The notes under the pieces are model-generated. The model did not search any database and was not told the origin of the DNA. It saw only the letters and a program-made list of their open reading frames with translations. Below are positions 9,856 to 19,906 of a stretch of DNA of 64,000 nt, piece after piece. The position numbers were made by a program, and so were the translations under genes. This DNA comes from Pyrodictiaceae archaeon (GTDB lineage: Archaea; Thermoproteota; Thermoprotei_A; Sulfolobales; Pyrodictiaceae): contig JALVSY010000016.1 of NCBI GenBank assembly GCA_027036135.1, positions 416,001 to 480,000 of the forward strand. The letters are read 5' to 3'. The first letter of the stretch is position 1; every line of letters begins with the position of its first letter.

Positions 9856-11763
9856 CTATATCGTCTTATCAACGAGGGATTCGGGTACCTCTATTATCTC
9901 TGTTAGCCCTAGCTCGATGAGCTTCGTCTTTGTTGGTTTGCCTTGGGGGCTCCAGCCCCTCGCAGCATAGTACTCGTTCTTCATTGCTTCTAGCTCCTCT
10001 GGGCTTACTACGCAGCCCTCGCATGGCCCACGCTTTATCGGTTCACGGAGCAAGCGCTCCGGAAGCGTATCGTCCTCACGCCTCAGCCCCCATCTGAGAT
10101 TGATTAGCCTCTCCAGGTTAACTACCCGCTCGCCTGCCAAGAGGAGGTTGCCGGGCGTTATCTCTTCTCCTAGAAGGGCTGAGACGAACTCCGCTAAGGG
10201 CTCCGGGGTTAGCGCGTATCTACTGAACTTGCAGACCCCCGTTATGTCATAGACTGCCATGAGGTCCTCCATCTCCTTGACAAGTACGCCCTTACCCCTA
10301 GGGCTCCTAGCATTAATGCCCTCGTAGACCCATAGCTTCCCGGGAAGCTCAACAGCGTAGGCGCCGCTGGTCAAGTGGTCGCCGCCGCGGCTCGAGACAG
10401 CGAAGCCAAGGGCCATCCCCTTGAGCCCGCGGGCATCGTAGGCTGGTAGCTCGAGGCCCTTAACCTGGATAGCATAGCCAAGCCCTCGCCCGATTCTCTC
10501 CGCGGCTCTAGGGGAACCATCTGCTAGTAGCTTGCCGAGCCTTCCTTCGCGCAGCGCTATCCTCTTCACAGCCTCCATGAACGTGTCTAGGTCTCCCCAT
10601 CGAAGAACAAGGCCGCCGAGATCCTCCGGGCCCAGGTCCCCTCTCTCGAGAGCCTCTATGGCCCAGGACAGGGTAGCCCCAAGGCTTATCGAGTCCAGCC
10701 CGTACTCGTCAGCCAGGTAGTTGAGAACAGCTACGGGGTCCACGTCGCAGAAGCCTAGGTTAGAGCCAAGCGCGTACTGTCTCGTACTCGGGGCCATCAA
10801 CCCTTACCCTGCCATGCCCTGGCACATCTGCCTCAATGACTTGGCTGCATACACGGTTACAGTATGGGCATGGGTTCCTGCCAACACGTTTCCCTGGGGC
10901 CCAGAAGCCGAGCCTCTCCATAGCCTTCTCGCCGTCGCCGCACCAGTCAAGCGTGCTCTCTCTCCAGTTGAGCCCGGGGAAGACTCCGTGAACCTTATTG
11001 GTGAGCGTGATTATGGCTGGGGCACCATACTCTATTAGGTTCTTGCTGCCGGGGTGCCGGGGGAGCCCCGTAGCCCACTTCCTCACAAGCTCCCTGGTCT
11101 TCTCGGGCATAGCTGGCCTAGGCTCCCTGTAGCCCCTCGCAACCACGGCTTTCAGCCGCTTAGAGCCCATAACAGCTCCTAGCCCTGTCCTCCCAGCCTG
11201 CCTCCCATTACAATCTATGAGAGCCATGGCAGAGAGCCTCTCCCCGGCGGGGCCAATAACGCAGGAAGAGTACCCGGGGAACCGCTTAGCTAGCTCGCCC
11301 CGAGCCCTACCAATCAGCAAGCCCCACAGCTCCTCCGCGGGCTCGACACGCGTGCCATCCTTGTCGAGTACTAGTACCCCGGGCTCCTCGAGCGCGCCAT
11401 GGATTACTAGGGCGTCGAAGCCTAGGCGGCGAATCTCAACACCTAGCCGGGCACCAACAGAGGAACGCCCAAGGAACCTCGTCAAGGGGCCCGAGCCGCA
11501 ATAATAGTCTTCGAAGCAGTACTAAGCCCGCTACCAAGCAGCAATCCAGGAGCAAAGACAAGCACATTACCGGGGCCAAGGGGCCCAGTATTCTCACTCG
11601 TGTACTTATAGATAAGGAGGCTCGCTAATCCTCTCCCGCCGAGGAGAAGACGGTAAACCTTTTCATGTAGCCCCTCAACCCAGCTTCTCCCAGTAGATAG
11701 ATCGTAGTGAAGAACACGGCCACTAACCCAACTAAGCTGGCTAAACAATAGCTGGGACACCAA
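9856..11763 (-). pseudogene. aor: Aldehyde:ferredoxin oxidoreductase (tungsten AOR family), split into three ORFs by two frameshifts
   Basis: GGRGL, IGPAGE, GRTGLGAVMGSKRLKA, GPEYET, GLDSIS and VKGLELPAYDARG motifs are spread over three frames. Junctions at ~11490 (1-nt loss in ARSPLT) and ~10775 (2-nt loss in ETVYALG). Confidence 0.88.
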
Positions 11764-11814
11764 GTATAAAGCATAAGGAGTTGGAGACCTTTATCAATAA
11801 TCTCCCAGGGATCC

Positions 11815-12741
11815 TCATCGTCTATTAGTGGATCGCTCAAGATAAGTATAGATCCTTATTCCAAGTGGCCCTGCCTTCTTCCTAGCCTTCTCGGATACGA
11901 AGCCGCCAACGATTACGAGTTGTGGCCTATATCCTGTCTTCTTCTGGTATAGCTCCCCTATCCTGCTAAGCTCTAGTACATCGCCAGTATCAACCCTGCT
12001 CTTCACCTCTACTAATATATGCACGCCATCCTTGATAACTACATCCACCTCAACCTCCGAGGGATGATCATAGACGTAGCCCTCCTCGTCATAAGTTGTC
12101 CAGTGCTCCGCGGTAGCACCAAAGTACTCCTCCAATATCCCTTTCATAGCCTCTCTGAACGCCTCCTCGCTGAGCACACCGAAGCGATGAGCAACAGTCT
12201 TCAACAATACCTCAAACTCATCCATGCGCCTCTCCAGTCCCGTAACCCTCTCCTCGAGGCGAGTCACTCTCTCCTCTAGCTGTGCGAATCTTTCTTCGAG
12301 CTTAGCGAAGCGTTCTTCTAGTTGTGCAAAGCGTTCCTCAAGCTTCGCCACTCTCTCCTCTAGTCTCTGATACCTCTCTTCTAGTTCTTGATACCTTTCC
12401 TCTAGCCTCGTGAATCTCTCCTCTAGTTTTGCGAAGTGCTTCTCAAGTTCTTGCTGCCTCTCCTCGATCCTAGCAAATCTCTCCTCTAATTGCGCAAATC
12501 GTTCCTCGAGCTTCTGTTGCCGCTCCTCGATCCTAGCGAATCGTTCCTCCAGTTTCCTGAACTCCTCTTCTAGCCTTAGCTGCCTCTCCTCTAGCTTCTG
12601 CTGGCGCTCCTCAAGCCTACTAAACCTCTCCAAAAGCTCCCGGAAACCCAGGGCACCAAGCAACATATAACGTAGCTCACGATCCTCCTTAATAAGGTCT
12701 AGTAGCGCTTCCTTCAATGCCTTCTTATCAATAGTGCTCAA
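11815..12741 (-). CDS. Heptad-repeat coiled-coil protein with C-terminal PD-(D/E)XK nuclease domain (DUF3782-like)
   Basis: (LEERFAx)n heptads followed by EVDVV...VEVKS nuclease motif. Confidence 0.82.
   Translation of the reverse strand: MSTIDKKALKEALLDLIKEDRELRYMLLGALGFRELLERFSRLEERQQKLEERQLRLEEEFRKLEERFARIEERQQKLEERFAQLEERFARIEERQQELEKHFAKLEERFTRLEERYQELEERYQRLEERVAKLEERFAQLEERFAKLEERFAQLEERVTRLEERVTGLERRMDEFEVLLKTVAHRFGVLSEEAFREAMKGILEEYFGATAEHWTTYDEEGYVYDHPSEVEVDVVIKDGVHILVEVKSRVDTGDVLELSRIGELYQKKTGYRPQLVIVGGFVSEKARKKAGPLGIRIYTYLERSTNRR
12230..12630 (-). repeat. Degenerate 21-bp tandem repeats encoding LEERFxx/LEERQQx heptads
   Basis: About 18 imperfect heptad units visible in both protein and DNA; boundaries approximate. 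Confidence 0.8.
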
Positions 12742-12807
12742 TGCTCCCCAGCTCCTCTCCTAGAAAACAATGGGGAGAGGGTAACATCTTATCAAGCTTC
12801 CTATCTC

Positions 12808-13596
12808 CTAGCCTAGGCTAATAGTTACACCCTCCTCGGCTAGCTCGAGTAACCGCTTAGAGATGAAGCGCAGCGCTTCCGCTAGCACCTTCTCGTTATC
12901 GTATTCCTTGAGCAGCTTCTCTAGTCTCTCCTCGTCCCAGGTTCTCATCTCTTCTACGTACTTCGTTATCCTTGGCAGTGCCCGTACCACGTTATCAACA
13001 ATGGTTATGCTCGCAGCCCGCGCTGTGTGGCTCAACGGGTTCAGATCAATAGCTATCACTGTCTTACCCATGCGGCGAAGAGCCTCCGTGCGATCACCAT
13101 CCTCCAGCGCGACAAGCACCACGTCAGCCACGTAGATGCCTCGTGGGCTCACCCTGCCCCTTGCGTGCTCAAGCCCAGGAATAACAGCAGTAGCGTCATC
13201 AACCCCAAGCACCTCGCGAGCACCATTCCTCCTCAACAGCTCAGCTATTTTCCGAGCCCTTTCCTCTGTGCGGTAGAATAGATTAACCTCGATGAGGGCA
13301 TTAGTAGCCATTGCTAGTTCCACGACCTCGCGGGCAGCGAGAGCAGCCGTGTTACCATTTACACTGATAACGGGGCGCCTAGCAAGGAGGAGTACAGCAG
13401 CTGCAGCCCGCTCAGCCTCCTCAGCGAAAAACTGGGTCTCCTCGCCGACTAGGTAGTCAAAGCACTCGCCACGGCCATGAGCAATAAGCCCCTCAGGAAC
13501 AACAATCCCCTCACGACAAGCCTCAACAACCCTCTCACGGAGCAAGAGACTCCAATAACGCGGATGACTACGCGGAACCCGCCACCCACCAGACAC
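12808..13596 (-). CDS. pps: Archaeal phosphopantothenate synthetase (4-phosphopantoate--beta-alanine ligase)
   Basis: SHPRY.SL..RE, GLIAHGRGE.FDYL.GE, SVNGN, LEDGDR, IDLNPLS motifs. Confidence 0.92.
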   Translation of the reverse strand: MSGGWRVPRSHPRYWSLLLRERVVEACREGIVVPEGLIAHGRGECFDYLVGEETQFFAEEAERAAAAVLLLARRPVISVNGNTAALAAREVVELAMATNALIEVNLFYRTEERARKIAELLRRNGAREVLGVDDATAVIPGLEHARGRVSPRGIYVADVVLVALEDGDRTEALRRMGKTVIAIDLNPLSHTARAASITIVDNVVRALPRITKYVEEMRTWDEERLEKLLKEYDNEKVLAEALRFISKRLLELAEEGVTISLG

Positions 13597-13884
13597 GGGG
13601 CCTCACCCAGCGACCTAAACGAGTATAATCAACACGTGATAACAACTACTACACAGCCTATTACCCTATCCGGTGCACCGGGTAGAGCGGAAAGAAGTCA
13701 TGACGGGAAATATACCCATAGAAGACTAGTATAACCACAAAGAGAGAAAACAAAATATAATCAATCACAAACACTACTTATATACACTGCGAAACCAGGC
13801 ACAGCCTAAACCCGACATAAGAACTTAAAAGGGCAACAAATTATCAACACTATAACGGCGAACAAAAAGAGAGGGGAACCCTAG

Positions 13885-14349
13885 ATGCCCAGGAAAATGA
13901 GAGGTATAAGCCCAATAATAGCAACAGTAATCATACTAGCAGTAACAATAGCCATAGCAATAGCGGTAGTAGGATGGGTAATGGGGCTGTTCAGAGGCGC
14001 TACTAAATCCAGTGCGCAACTACAGATACTTCCTGATAGCTATATTAATACTAGCGGATACGCGCTCTGTCTACACGTAATGAATAAGGGCTCTACTACA
14101 GCGAAAATAGTAAAGATATCGATAGGTGGTATAGGAACATATACTAATACAAACGGTGTATTAGTTAATGCTGGTAAGTCTATCTGGATAGCTATTACCA
14201 ATACTACTGTTACTACGAGTTGTAAGAATGCTGAAAATCCACAACTATTTAGTAAGGATGGGGTATCCGCGGTTCCAAGTGTTACTTATAGTGTCAATAT
14301 ATACACCGCTGATGGCAGCGTATTCCCCGGCCAGGTTACTGCCAGTTAG
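13885..14349 (+). CDS. Archaeal type IV pilin (class III signal peptide)
   Basis: MPRKMRG/ISPIIATVIILAVTIAIA prepilin-peptidase cleavage motif and hydrophobic N-terminal helix. Confidence 0.88.
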   Translation: MPRKMRGISPIIATVIILAVTIAIAIAVVGWVMGLFRGATKSSAQLQILPDSYINTSGYALCLHVMNKGSTTAKIVKISIGGIGTYTNTNGVLVNAGKSIWIAITNTTVTTSCKNAENPQLFSKDGVSAVPSVTYSVNIYTADGSVFPGQVTAS

Positions 14350-14371
14350 CTTAGAATCTAAGATTTTTAAG

Positions 14372-15436
14372 TTATTTTTTAGCTACTATTACCGTTCTTG
14401 TTAGGCTTCCGTGTACTCGCATGTAGTGTTTTTCCTGGATTTTTAGCCCGGCTTGTTCTGTGTACTTGGTTGCTTTGTTTTCGGCCCAGTGTGGCGTGGC
14501 GTAGGCTATGTGTTTTCCTGGTTTGAGTACTCGGGCTGCTTCTGTTAGGAATTGTTCTAGTAGTTGGTCTAGTGGTTTGCCTCTTGTTGAGGTGCTTCTT
14601 CCGTAGGGCGGGTCTGTCCCTATGCTCTGGATGCTGTTGTCTCGTAGTGGTAGCCTGGTTGCGTCCCACTGGATGTTCTCGGCTAGGTAGTCGCCGGGGT
14701 AGGCTCGCGTGTTCCTTTTTGCCCCCTCTGCTAGTTTCCGGGCTAGCTCGCCGCAGAGCGTGGGGATCCCGAGTGTTTGGGCTTCTATGGCGAAGCCCCC
14801 GGTTCCGCAGAAGGGGTCTAGGTATGGGCCTGGGGGCGTTGCTCTTGCTAGGTTTATGAATAGTCTTGCTAGGCGTGGATCTAGGCTCCCTGGGTGGAAG
14901 AAGGGTCTCTTCTGGGGCCGGTGGCTCTCTATTAGTTTCTTTGGCTGCTTGTCCTCCACGAGGCCTATTATCGCTGTTCCCTGGGTGACTATGAGGTGTA
15001 CCAATCTTGTTGGTTCTCTGGGGGTTGCTTCGGCTCCGCAGCTTCTTAGTAGGGGCGCTATTTTCTCTGCTAGTTTCCTCGCGGTGTTGTCTGGTACCTG
15101 GTTCTTCGCGTAGCCCTTGAGCCTAACCATTTCTACCCTGACCCGATCCCCTGGCGAGACGTGGCTACACCAATCAATGAACAATGATTTCTCTAGTATC
15201 GCTGCCTCCTCGGCCTCCGTGGCGGCGAGTACTCTCCCTGTCTCGTGTATGAGCCCAGCTCTCCATGCCACGCCACAGCTACTCGGGGCAGTTGCTTCGT
15301 AGACGGCTACCTGGTCCAATACCTCAACTAAGCGGTAGCGATGACCGAGAGCCTCCAGTATTCCACGTAGCTCGGCAAGCGGTAAGCTGGCGTGGAGACC
15401 GCTGAGCAATGCATAGAAGAGTCTCGTTGATGCCAA
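14372..15436 (-). CDS. THUMP-domain tRNA (guanine-N2)-methyltransferase, Trm11/TrmG10-like
   Basis: RPFFHPGSL, LDPFCGTGG, TDPPYG, MRVHGSLTR motifs. Confidence 0.88.
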   Translation of the reverse strand: MASTRLFYALLSGLHASLPLAELRGILEALGHRYRLVEVLDQVAVYEATAPSSCGVAWRAGLIHETGRVLAATEAEEAAILEKSLFIDWCSHVSPGDRVRVEMVRLKGYAKNQVPDNTARKLAEKIAPLLRSCGAEATPREPTRLVHLIVTQGTAIIGLVEDKQPKKLIESHRPQKRPFFHPGSLDPRLARLFINLARATPPGPYLDPFCGTGGFAIEAQTLGIPTLCGELARKLAEGAKRNTRAYPGDYLAENIQWDATRLPLRDNSIQSIGTDPPYGRSTSTRGKPLDQLLEQFLTEAARVLKPGKHIAYATPHWAENKATKYTEQAGLKIQEKHYMRVHGSLTRTVIVAKK

Positions 15437-15548
15437 CTCTCCTCAGCCAATGAGTGCTCTATATAAACTGCTTATTCAAGGAGAAGTGGTTACGCCTTGA
15501 GCCGCAGATGTACTATGTGAGGGGCTGGGTTTGTAGCCTAGCCTTGTT

Positions 15549-16046
15549 TTATGCCCTTGTCTCGGCTCTGAGCTCCGTGTACAGCTTGTATAGCTCGTCG
15601 ATTCTCTTGTCGATTTCATCGATCTTAGCCAATAAGGTCTCTTGTACCTTGTCTATTCTCTTGTTTGTCTCTTCAATTTTGGCCAGCAATGTCTCTTGTA
15701 CATGGTCTATTCGTTTGTTAGTCTCCTCAATCTTTGCTAATAGGGTAGCTTGGACAGAATCTATTCTCGCTGATAGAGTCACTTGCACACTATCAATCCT
15801 CTTATTTGTTTCATCTATTCTCTTGTTTGTCTCGTCTATACGTTTATTTGTCTCGTCTATTCTTCTGCTAACCTCTCTTATCTCCTCTCTTAGTTCTCTC
15901 CTTGTCTCCCGCACCTCTTTGTGCATGAGGTCTAGGTAGAGGAGTAGTAGCTCCTCTGTTGAGAGTTTCTTCCCCTTCTCAAGCTTTTCCAATATCTTCT
16001 TAGAGACCTGGCTGAGAAGCGTTGAGAGAACAGCCTCCTCGGCCAA
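15549..16046 (-). CDS. PaREP-like coiled-coil repeat protein
   Basis: GKKLSTEELLLLYL N-terminus followed by ETNKRID tandem repeats. Confidence 0.75.
   Translation of the reverse strand: MAEEAVLSTLLSQVSKKILEKLEKGKKLSTEELLLLYLDLMHKEVRETRRELREEIREVSRRIDETNKRIDETNKRIDETNKRIDSVQVTLSARIDSVQATLLAKIEETNKRIDHVQETLLAKIEETNKRIDKVQETLLAKIDEIDKRIDELYKLYTELRAETRA
15600..15865 (-). repeat. Tandem 21-bp (ETNKRID) and 54-bp (ETNKRIDxVQETLLAKIE) coding repeats
   Basis: Directly visible in the translated ORF and the DNA. Confidence 0.8.
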
Positions 16047-16322
16047 AGCTCAGAACCCCTAATATTGAGAATAGCTTGGTAGGCGAAAACAGTTGCGCCC
16101 AGGATTGTGTAGCTATTGCTGCGCATCTAGCATGGCCTCTCTATGGATTTGGTAGGCATTTTAACCTCAGGGTAATCAGTAGTGGCGTTCCTGGGTCAAA
16201 AAGCTTTTAAAGAAGAACTAGTCTCACCTAGCAGGGGCTCTGCACCACTCCTCCTAGCCCTATAGATAAGGAAGCCTCGCCGAGGCCCCTAAGCCTCCCA
16301 GCTCCATGGAGGTGGATCTGCC

Positions 16323-16463
16323 TTGAGAAAAGTGGAGACTAGGGAAGAGACTGCAGAAAAGAAGGAAATTAGGCTAAGTATCTATGAGGAGCTAGCACAC
16401 CTATCCGAGCAGCTTGGTAGGCCAATGGGCTCCCTGCTAAGAAAGATACTAGAGAAGATCTAA
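16323..16463 (+). CDS. Small ribbon-helix-helix/CopG-like protein (46 aa, not in ORF track)
   Basis: TTG start after GGAGGTGG SD: MRKVETREETAEKKEIRLSIYEELAHLSEQLGRPMGSLLRKILEKI; paralogue of 17731-17868. Confidence 0.55.
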   Translation: MRKVETREETAEKKEIRLSIYEELAHLSEQLGRPMGSLLRKILEKI

Positions 16464-16507
16464 GACCCCTGGACAAGTTAGCTGCGACCACTTCATTCTT
16501 TTCTAGA

Positions 16508-17641
16508 TCAATTGGTGTTATAGCTTAGCTCGGCTTTCCCCTCGTGCATCTCCTTAGCAGCTAAGTAGACTTGTTCGACGTGGTAGTTTCTTGGTAGGAG
16601 TCTCTCTGCTTTCCTCGTAGTCTCTTCCCTTAGCCTCTCAGCCTCTCTTAGTGAGGGGGTACTCCACTTGGCATCCGCGACTATTGCTTTCTTTCTCTCC
16701 ATGTCGAGTATGGCTATGTCTACTTCTTCTCCCTTGTGCTCGAGGGAAGCCAACTACGTTGTAGCACATCGCCGCGCACTTGGTAAGGAGGTAGCCTCGT
16801 ATGAACTCTTCCCATACAGGGGCTGTGTACGTGTCTATTTTCTCGAGTATCCTTTTCTCGGCCTCACTTGTTTCTCCCAGCTCGCTATCGCGGCTAGCAC
16901 GGCGTTATATGTATGTGGATCTCTTAGTTCCCCATGTAATATGAAGTCCTTCTCGTAGAGAAGAGGCGCTGCAGGGGATAGGACTAGCTCTCTAACAACT
17001 TGCTCGAGACTAGTAGCGCCGTGTACTAGGCAGAGGTAGAAAGGTATCCCACCCACTAAGGCATAGAGCCGGACACGGTTACTCGGGCTGAGCTGGGGCA
17101 CGAATTCCCGGAGGTAGCGATAGCTGAACAGGCCTAGGCGGAGACGAACACTAGCACGCCCTAGAGCAGCGAGCCTCCTCCGAGAACACTTCTCTCCATA
17201 ACACCTACTAGGCTACCCAAGACTACGAGAAAGGCTACGGGTACCCGGTGATTCATGGTCAATGAAGTATTGTAGTTCGCTTAGCACACGAGGCGCTACA
17301 CGAACCCAGTAAGTAAACTCATCGATAACTATGACATCTGCTCCCATCCTCGTCACTAGTTTTAGAAGGGAGTCAAGCCTACGGGGCGCAGGTCACGTAG
17401 ACTAGGTTCTCCTAGCTGCTCGGCAGCCAAGGAGCCTAGCTCGAGGAGATTATGCTCGTGGCTACTCAGCTGAGCTACGAAGTAAACATAGCGAGCACCC
17501 AGGCCTCTAAGCCACTCACGTACCAGCCTTGTCTTAGCTATATGCCTATGCCCCATACAGTACTTCAAAGCCTGGCCGCTTCGTAAACGCCTCGCTAAGA
17601 GCAGCTAGTTCTCTCACCCCATCAGCGAATCTGCACTGCAC
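16508..17641 (-). pseudogene. Decayed archaeal AAA ATPase (ATPase_2 plus DUF234-type C-terminal nuclease-like domain)
   Basis: Fragments in several frames: degenerate Walker A (YG.RHIAKT), VIDEFTY Walker B, LYALVGGIPFYL, EEVDI...ADAKW. Confidence 0.75.
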
Positions 17642-17730
17642 CTAGAGTACCCTACCCTAGAAGCCTGGCACCCAGAGTATAGATATTACAAAGCACTACT
17701 AGTGCCTCTCTTGAACACGTTCCGGGGGCC

Positions 17731-17868
17731 CTAGGCCTTCTCAAGGAGTCGTCGGAGTAGAGTACCTATCGGTATACCCAGCTCCTCGGACATTCTCTTA
17801 AACTCCTCGTATATATCGACCGGGATCTCTATGCAGACCTTCTCCTTCTTCTCCTTCTCTTCCGGCAA
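17731..17868 (-). CDS. Small ribbon-helix-helix/CopG-like protein (45 aa, not in ORF track)
   Basis: MPEEKEKKEKVCIEIPVDIYEEFKRMSEELGIPIGTLLRRLLEKA shows the alternating beta strand plus helix-G-helix pattern of RHH proteins. Confidence 0.65.
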   Translation of the reverse strand: MPEEKEKKEKVCIEIPVDIYEEFKRMSEELGIPIGTLLRRLLEKA

Positions 17869-18033
17869 GGGAAAGATCCTCCGGGATACTAGACAAATAA
17901 TATCTGGATATTTGTTAGGTGGCTCGGACTAGTACTGCAAGGCTATAAATAGGGATAATGACCTGGGATGCTGCTTTTCCCGGCAGTGCGTATATGGAGC
18001 GCATATCTATTCTATTATCTTAGGTGCCCTTGC

Positions 18034-18918
18034 TTGGCTCGGGCGATTAGTGCGAGGCTCGTATTCCTAGCCGACGAGGCTGCCGGGTACGAGGCACGTG
18101 GCTTGCTTGGCCAGCACGGTCTCTCGGTCCTTGTCGAGACGGTTGATGAGGGGGGCCAGGTTCACCGAGTATTGTTTGACACTGGGCAGTACGGGGGAGC
18201 AGTTGTTCATAACGCTAGGCTCCTCGGCCTAGACCTCGCTAGCGTAGAGGCTATTGCGCTTAGTCATCACCACTATGACCATACTGGTGGGCTAAAGGAA
18301 GTCCTGGAGGCAATAGGTAAGAGCACACCGGTAATCGGGCATGTCGACTTGTTTAAGCCCTCCATATACATAAGGGATAACAACATTAGGCTAGACATAG
18401 GCATTCCCTACAACCGTGGCGAGCTCGAGGCCCTCGGAGCCAAGTTCCTGCTGCTCCGCCGCAGCATAGAGGTGGCTCCGGGTATCTATTGGCTTGGCGA
18501 GATTCCCCGCGAGTACCCCGAGCTCGCCCCAGGGCTTCCCGGGAACTACACGATAAGTTATGATGGCGAACTAGTGCCTCATACCCTGCGAGATGATACG
18601 GGCCTCGCAATCATGGTTGAGGGCTATGGGCTCATAGTTATAGGGGGTTGTAGCCATAGTGGCATAGTAAACATAGCTGCATATGCATCCAGGCTGCTAA
18701 ACGAGGCACCCAGGCTAGTTACTGGCGGCTTCCACATGGTATCCATGAACGAGGAGAAGATAAGGGAGGCGGCGAGGGCGCTACGCGAGCTAGGTGTTGA
18801 GGAGGTTCATACCGGGCACTGTACCGGGCTAAGAGCAGAGTGCATGTTACGCGAGATGTACCGGGACAAGTTCAACAAGATACATACAGGGTACGTGATA
18901 GAGATTAAGGGCGAATAA
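18034..18918 (+). CDS. MBL-fold metallo-hydrolase
   Basis: HGLS, LFDTG, SHHHYDHTGG, GCSHSG, GGFH, GHCTG motifs; TTG at 18034 preferred as start. Confidence 0.88.
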   Translation: MARAISARLVFLADEAAGYEARGLLGQHGLSVLVETVDEGGQVHRVLFDTGQYGGAVVHNARLLGLDLASVEAIALSHHHYDHTGGLKEVLEAIGKSTPVIGHVDLFKPSIYIRDNNIRLDIGIPYNRGELEALGAKFLLLRRSIEVAPGIYWLGEIPREYPELAPGLPGNYTISYDGELVPHTLRDDTGLAIMVEGYGLIVIGGCSHSGIVNIAAYASRLLNEAPRLVTGGFHMVSMNEEKIREAARALRELGVEEVHTGHCTGLRAECMLREMYRDKFNKIHTGYVIEIKGE

Positions 18919-18967
18919 TGTTCTCGGCTTCTCCGAGGAGGACATGTATTAAGGCTGGGTAGTGATG

Positions 18968-19219
18968 CTAGCTGGCATGCTCAAGGGTATCGGCTGCTAG
19001 GACGAGGCTATACCAGTCCAGGCATCCCTGATAGCGCAGAGTGTCAGCGGCGTCGCGTAGGAGCTGGGCAGCGTACTCTAGATCGCTCTCGAAACCGCCA
19101 TAGCTCAGTACTTCTTCTAGGACGCGTAGCGCTTCCTCCATCTCTGGCAGTGTTCCACAGCTCTTGGCGACGCTCTGGACTATAGAGTATGCCTCCTCTA
19201 CTTGTCTTCTGTAAACCAT
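18968..19219 (-). CDS. Hypothetical small helical protein
   Basis: 83-aa ORF in a co-oriented gene run; no motif recognised. Confidence 0.55.
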   Translation of the reverse strand: MVYRRQVEEAYSIVQSVAKSCGTLPEMEEALRVLEEVLSYGGFESDLEYAAQLLRDAADTLRYQGCLDWYSLVLAADTLEHAS

Positions 19220-19243
19220 AGCCTGGGTACCCTGTCTCTTGGG

Positions 19244-19876
19244 CTAGTGTCCTCCTAGGAGTGCTGAGCGGAGCTCCTGGACGAGTATATAGTTTATCGT
19301 GTTCTCGACGTAGTTCTGTATAGGTGTCGGGTCATTGTTCTTTAGTGCCTTTTCGAATATCTTTATTGTTTCCTCTGCCTGGGTTACATTCATCGTCTTG
19401 AGCGTATGAACTACTTGTGCTATAGTGGAGCCTGGGATCTCCTTTGCTGGCTTATTGAGAGCTATCTCTGCGAGTATCCTTGCAGCCTCCTCAGCGTTAC
19501 CAGTGCATTGATAGTACCTCTCCGCAGCGTAGTAGGCCTTCTCTATGCCTAGCACTAGGTTTGCTACATCCCGCCAATACTTCTCGGCTAGCACTGGCAC
19601 AGCATTATTTATCTCGGAGAATGGGTTAGACGAGTTAAGAGCCTTGGTTACTACTGGTCTTGTGGCGTCGCGTAGGAGGCGGAACTCGTCACGAATAGTG
19701 CTATTGTACTCTACTAAGAGGGCTCTTAGCTGCTCCGGGTTCTTGATACATGTAGTTGAGAGGCTCTTTACAACGGGGTGCTGATAAACTATGATAGGCG
19801 TCACGAGAGCGACTCCTATGAGTATGATAGCTAGTGTAGTGGCGTAAAGTGCTCTGCCCAAGCCACCATTCCCCAA
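19244..19876 (-). CDS. Hypothetical membrane-anchored/exported helical protein
   Basis: N-terminal hydrophobic segment and N-x-S/T sequons. Confidence 0.65.
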   Translation of the reverse strand: MGNGGLGRALYATTLAIILIGVALVTPIIVYQHPVVKSLSTTCIKNPEQLRALLVEYNSTIRDEFRLLRDATRPVVTKALNSSNPFSEINNAVPVLAEKYWRDVANLVLGIEKAYYAAERYYQCTGNAEEAARILAEIALNKPAKEIPGSTIAQVVHTLKTMNVTQAEETIKIFEKALKNNDPTPIQNYVENTINYILVQELRSALLGGH

Positions 19877-19906
19877 GTATATGGTTAAGGACCTTGTCTT
19901 CCAGGG

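Noticed and set aside
9856-11763. Programmed ribosomal frameshifting in the AOR gene
   Set aside because: Two separate deletions without X XXY YYZ slippery sites; decay or assembly error is simpler
12230-12630. Periodic repeats as a possible CRISPR array
   Set aside because: They are degenerate 21-bp in-frame coding heptads with no unique spacers, and no cas genes are present
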